The notes under the pieces were generated by a model, which was not told the DNA's origin, did no database searches, and saw only the letters and a program-made list of their open reading frames with translations. Shown piece by piece: positions 59,220 through 64,000 of a DNA stretch of 64,000 nucleotides (positions are counted from its first letter, which is position 1; the number at the start of each line of letters is the position of its first letter). The position numbers and the translations under genes are program-made. The DNA is from Thermoanaerobaculum sp. (lineage in GTDB: Bacteria; Acidobacteriota; Thermoanaerobaculia; Multivoradales; UBA5704). The stretch lies in assembly GCA_021154885.1 (NCBI GenBank), contig JAJKHS010000104.1, positions 1,410 to 65,409 on the forward strand, given 5' to 3'.

Positions 59220-62051
59220 ATGAGCGCCGCCCTCGGCCTCGATCCCCTGCTCGCCGCCCTGCGCCAGGCCGGGCTGCCGGTGGGCGTCTCCGAAATGGCG
59301 CGGCTGCAGCAGGTTTTTTCGCTGGGACCCCAAATCAGGAATCCAGAAGATCGCCGGCTGAAAGCCGTGCTGCGCGCCGTCCTCGTCAAATCGGCCGAGG
59401 ATCGCGCCCGCTTCGAGCCGGTCTTCGACGCCTGGCTCGGCCGTGCAGGCCAGGAGGTGAGCCTGCGCGAGGCGCCGAGGCCCTCTCCGGTGCCGGAGCC
59501 AGAGCCGCCCCCCAAGAGGTCTATCTGGCTCTGGGTGGCCGTTGCGGCTCTGGCGCTGGCGATCCTGATCCCTCTGGGCCTCGCACTGTTCCGGCGCCAA
59601 CCGGCGGTGAGGCCGAATCCCCATCCCGTTGAGGTCACCCCGACACCCACACCGGTCGAACCCACGCCGCCCCCTTCTACCCAGGCCATCTTCTGGGTGC
59701 CCACCCTTACCGTCACACCGGGCAAGCCGGTCTGGCAGGGCTGGCCGGCCATCATCCTCGGCAGCCTGGCGCTCCTTGCCTCAGAGGCCCTCTGGCTCAC
59801 GCAACGCCAGCGGAGCTGGCTGCCGGAGCCGGCGCCCGATCCGGTGAAGAAGGGGCCGCCGCGGGTGTTCCTCACGCCGCCGCAGCTCTCAGGTCCACAG
59901 CTCCTGGAGCCGCGGGAACAGGAGGCGCTCGTCTGGGGGATCGGTCACTTCGTCACGGACGAGCCAACCCGCCGGCTCGATCTGCCGGCGACGGTGCGGG
60001 CGACCGCGCGGGACGGCGGCATCCCCCATCTGCTCTTCCATCAAGCCCGCCATCCACGGGAGGTGTGGCTGTGGATCGACGAGGCGGCGGACGATCCCGC
60101 CATTCCGCGGCTCGCCGATGAGATCGAAGCAGCCCTGAAGACCCACACCCTGCCCGTCGAGCGGGCTCTCTTCCGCGGTGTGCCCGACTGGCTGGTCAGC
60201 TCCGCCGGCCAGGCCTTCGCGCCCAACGAGGTCGACGAGCGGCGGGATGCGGCCCTGGTGGCGATCCTCACCGACGGGCGCGTCCTCGCCCGGCAGTACG
60301 CGGCCGACGATCGACGGGTGCGTCTCGACGCGCTCCTGCGCGGTCTCTCCCATTGGCCGCGGTTGGCCTTCGTGGATTTTGCCGCGGAGCCGGGCGACCT
60401 GGCGGCGGTCCTGGGAAAGCACTCGCTTTCCTGGATCACCCCTCCTGAGCTGGCCACCTTCCTGGGAAGCACCGAAACCGCGAAGCGGAAGCCGCCGCTT
60501 GCCGCCACCGGCGACGCCGTCTGGGCCGCCGCCTGCGCGCTCGCCCCGGCCTCCGTGGATGAGCTGAGGGCGTTCCAGCTCCGCAAGCGGCTGGGACTCG
60601 CCACCTCACCGTGGGCTCTCCGCCAGATGCGCACCGAGGCCCCGGGCCCTCTCGGACGTCTTCAGTGGCAGTCTCAGGATCGCGCCCGGCGGGTCAACTG
60701 GCTGCGCCAGGCCGAGGCTCAACCCACCCGCGAAGTTGCCGCTGGAAGCCTGCTGGCCCGGGCGCTCGATTTCTGGGAGGAGGTCTATGACCGGGAGCTC
60801 AAGGAGCGGGACCAGGGAGAGGCAGGAGATCCCTGGCTGGACACCCCGGCTCATCAGCACCTCGTCATGGAGCGCGCCCTTATCGGTCTGTGGCGCGAGG
60901 CTCCGAACGCCATCCGCGACCTCTACCGTCTGCACGGCGGCGGCCTGCGCGAGCTGATCGAGGGGCAACTGCACACCATGGCACCCGCGGACTATGGAGT
61001 TCCGGAGGAGCTCCACCTTCCCTGGGCCTGGGCGGAACGCTCCGGCACCGAGCAGGTCATGCTCGGGGAGATGAAGCTCGGGGGCGGCGTGCCCGCGGCC
61101 ACGTTGCGGCGTCCCGGTCGTCTCTTCGCGGGGCTCGGGCTGTGCCTGGGCCTCGCCGCAGGAGCACTCATCGCGGCGGCCTTGAGCGGACGGCGCCCTC
61201 CAGGGGGACCGCCAAGCCTCGTCCACGGACCTGGGAAACCCGCGGATGCCTTCCAGGAGATCACGAAGACCTCCGCCGGCCGCTGGCGGGTAGCCGTGGC
61301 CACGCCGAGAGCCCGGACCGCTCAAGAGGTCCCCGCAGGCTCTGTCGTTCAGGTGCGATGGGAGGAGAAGAGCCTTCCTTGCAGGACCGGCGAATTGGAC
61401 GAAAAGGACGGAATGACGTTCGTCCACGTCTGCCCAGGTACCTTCATCATGGGCTCAGCCGACGATCCGCAGGCTGATTCTGACGAAAAGCCGGCGCACG
61501 AGGTCACTCTCAGTGAATTCTGGATCGGCCGGACGGAGGTGACGAGCTCCCAGTACCGGAGGAGCGTATCCAACCGCGTGGCCGACCTTCCCGCCACAGA
61601 CGTGACCTGGAACGAGGCGAAGGACTTCTGCGAGAGTCACGGCTGGCGCCTGCCCACGGAAGCCGAGTGGGAGTACGCGGCCCGCGCCGGCACCCAGACC
61701 CCCTGGTCCTTCGGCACGGATGAAAAGCAGCTCGGCGACTTCGCCTGGTTTGAGGGGAACTCCGGCCTTGAGCCACATCCCGTCAGAACCAAAAAGCCGA
61801 ACCCATGGGGGATCTACGACATGCATGGCAACGCGTGGGAGTGGGTGGCGGACTGGTTCGGTCCATACAAGCCCGGCCCGCAGAGAGATTCCAAGGGGCC
61901 TGATACCGGTGTGTTTCGTACGGTGCGGGGGGGCGCCTTCAACGTCCCGCCCAGGTACCTGCGCTCCGCGCTCCGGTTCAGGGACCTGCCCACGTACCGG
62001 GGCAGGTACATCGGCTTCCGCTGTGCCCGCAGCCCCCGCAGCCAGCCTTGA
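59220..62051 (+). CDS. vWA-like membrane protein with C-terminal FGE-sulfatase (C-type-lectin-fold) domain; probable DGR target
   Basis: ALRQAGLPVG MoxR-partner N-terminus, TM helices, LDLPATVRATAR, WLWIDE and ILTDG. FGE motifs RLPTEAEWEYAAR, DMHGNAWEW and RGG...GFRC. Confidence 0.82.
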   Translation: MSAALGLDPLLAALRQAGLPVGVSEMARLQQVFSLGPQIRNPEDRRLKAVLRAVLVKSAEDRARFEPVFDAWLGRAGQEVSLREAPRPSPVPEPEPPPKRSIWLWVAVAALALAILIPLGLALFRRQPAVRPNPHPVEVTPTPTPVEPTPPPSTQAIFWVPTLTVTPGKPVWQGWPAIILGSLALLASEALWLTQRQRSWLPEPAPDPVKKGPPRVFLTPPQLSGPQLLEPREQEALVWGIGHFVTDEPTRRLDLPATVRATARDGGIPHLLFHQARHPREVWLWIDEAADDPAIPRLADEIEAALKTHTLPVERALFRGVPDWLVSSAGQAFAPNEVDERRDAALVAILTDGRVLARQYAADDRRVRLDALLRGLSHWPRLAFVDFAAEPGDLAAVLGKHSLSWITPPELATFLGSTETAKRKPPLAATGDAVWAAACALAPASVDELRAFQLRKRLGLATSPWALRQMRTEAPGPLGRLQWQSQDRARRVNWLRQAEAQPTREVAAGSLLARALDFWEEVYDRELKERDQGEAGDPWLDTPAHQHLVMERALIGLWREAPNAIRDLYRLHGGGLRELIEGQLHTMAPADYGVPEELHLPWAWAERSGTEQVMLGEMKLGGGVPAATLRRPGRLFAGLGLCLGLAAGALIAAALSGRRPPGGPPSLVHGPGKPADAFQEITKTSAGRWRVAVATPRARTAQEVPAGSVVQVRWEEKSLPCRTGELDEKDGMTFVHVCPGTFIMGSADDPQADSDEKPAHEVTLSEFWIGRTEVTSSQYRRSVSNRVADLPATDVTWNEAKDFCESHGWRLPTEAEWEYAARAGTQTPWSFGTDEKQLGDFAWFEGNSGLEPHPVRTKKPNPWGIYDMHGNAWEWVADWFGPYKPGPQRDSKGPDTGVFRTVRGGAFNVPPRYLRSALRFRDLPTYRGRYIGFRCARSPRSQP
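61923..62048 (+). repeat. Putative DGR variable region 1
   Basis: 126 bp collinear with the reverse complement of 62641-62766. 17 mismatches by hand alignment, 14 at codon positions 1-2. Confidence 0.72.
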
Positions 62052-62079
62052 TCTTTGTCCCTTGACGTTTTCTGTCCGA

Positions 62080-62094
62080 CCCCGCGTAGCGGGG
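62080..62094 (+). other. GC-rich hairpin with GTA triloop downstream of VR1 (DGR-type targeting hairpin candidate)
   Basis: CCCCGC-GTA-GCGGGG, about 30 bp after the stop codon. Confidence 0.5.
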
Positions 62095-62102
62095 ACCGCC
62101 TC

Positions 62103-62527
62103 CTTGCCCGGGATTGAAATCCATGCCCTTACACACATCTCGCGGCTGGGATTCGCGACGCCCGGGGTACGAGTCGACCGGACCGGCATCGCCGCATCGG
62201 AGACGACCCGCCGTCCCCGGGGCCTCCGAAAGGAAATCGTATCGGGGTCTGTGTCGTCTCTACGGAACGTCGGAGACGCGGCCAGAGAGAGGGGTTCCGG
62301 AAGGGTTGGGAGATACCGCTTCGCGATGCCCCCGGAATCGCATCCTTTTGCTATCGCGAGACCGGTCCGTAGAGACGCCCCAGACCCGTTACGAGACCTT
62401 CGGCAGGCCACGGGGACGGCGGGGCGTCTCCGCCGCGGCGATGTCGCTCCGGTCCTCCCCCACCTCCAGCGTCGCGGATCCCAGAGTGAAGATATGTGTA
62501 ATGGTATGGATTGAAATCCCGGGCGAG
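62103..62527. repeat. About 425-bp imperfect palindromic element (MITE/REPIN-like, family D)
   Basis: Terminal arms of about 58 bp (C(T/C)...GCCCGGGATT..AATCCAT...GGGAT.CGCGACG) and inner arms of about 65 bp are reverse complements. A partial copy lies at 906-957. Confidence 0.8.
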
Positions 62528-62589
62528 TCGAAAGCGTTAAGCAGACAAGGATCGAGGCTGGAGACGAGGAAGAAACGCCAGACACCTAC

Positions 62590-63651
<1,062 letters not shown>

Positions 63652-63731
63652 GTCCTCTGAAGTCTACTGGATCAGCAGGGATCAGAGCGTCCCCGAAGGC
63701 GCTGCCGCGATTCGTGCTATGACATCCCACG

Positions 63732-64000
63732 ATGAAGATCTTCTGGAGCGCCAGCCTTTGCCTTCTCCTCGCCGCCTGTGCGCCGCCGGGCCAGCCCCGG
63801 CCCGCGGACGGTGCGCGTCAAGCCTCCGACCTCGACTCCTTCGCCGCGACGCTCGACGCGCTCCGCGTCAAGGCGCACGTCCCGGGGCTGTCCGTGGCCG
63901 TGCTTCAGGACCGGCGAGTCATCCTCGCCCGCGGCTTCGGCTTCGCGGACCTTGAACGGCGACTCCCCGCGACGCCGGAGACGCCCTACAACATCGCCTC
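63732..64000 (+). CDS. Partial serine hydrolase (beta-lactamase family) lipoprotein
   Basis: MKIFWSASLCLLLAAC lipobox, VPGLSVAV, GFGFAD and ATPETPYNIAS (start of SxxK). Runs off the window edge. Confidence 0.8.
   Translation, partial: MKIFWSASLCLLLAACAPPGQPRPADGARQASDLDSFAATLDALRVKAHVPGLSVAVLQDRRVILARGFGFADLERRLPATPETPYNIA

Overview
A 64-kb, very GC-rich bacterial chromosomal window. Gene content and small-protein families suggest Acidobacteriota, probably Thermoanaerobaculia-like (inference only). No rRNA, tRNA or CRISPR array was seen. The left part holds ordinary genes: tandem secreted paralogues, a lysyl-endopeptidase-like protease, an APC/KimA-like transporter, two DUF6600 Gln-rich proteins behind sigma-54-like promoters, a patatin and a 2-aminobenzoate (abm-type) catabolic operon. 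The rest is rich in conflict or immunity-type loci. (1) TIR gene plus ParA-like ATPase-TM-WD40 gene (22.4-25.4 kb). (2) DUF4157 protein with a His-Me-nuclease-like tip, coupled to a methyltransferase-TPR gene (28.7-32.7 kb). (3) A four-gene operon: DUF4384, a membrane-anchored protein that looks gasdermin-like, and two exported WD40-caspase paralogues (44.3-51.5 kb). This is the best candidate for an undescribed system, an extracytoplasmic gasdermin/caspase module. (4) A TIR-pseudoCHAT-iSTAND / MoxR / vWA-FGE ternary system. Its C-terminal lectin-fold region and that of a convergent FGE gene show the codon signature of DGR hypermutation, although no template or reverse transcriptase is in the window (55.8-63.7 kb). 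Also present: two divergent 8-Cys WAP-like secreted minipeptides, an orphan double-Gly RiPP precursor among gene remnants, a 21-bp palindromic minisatellite and four dispersed palindromic repeat families. All family calls come from motif recognition without database searches.
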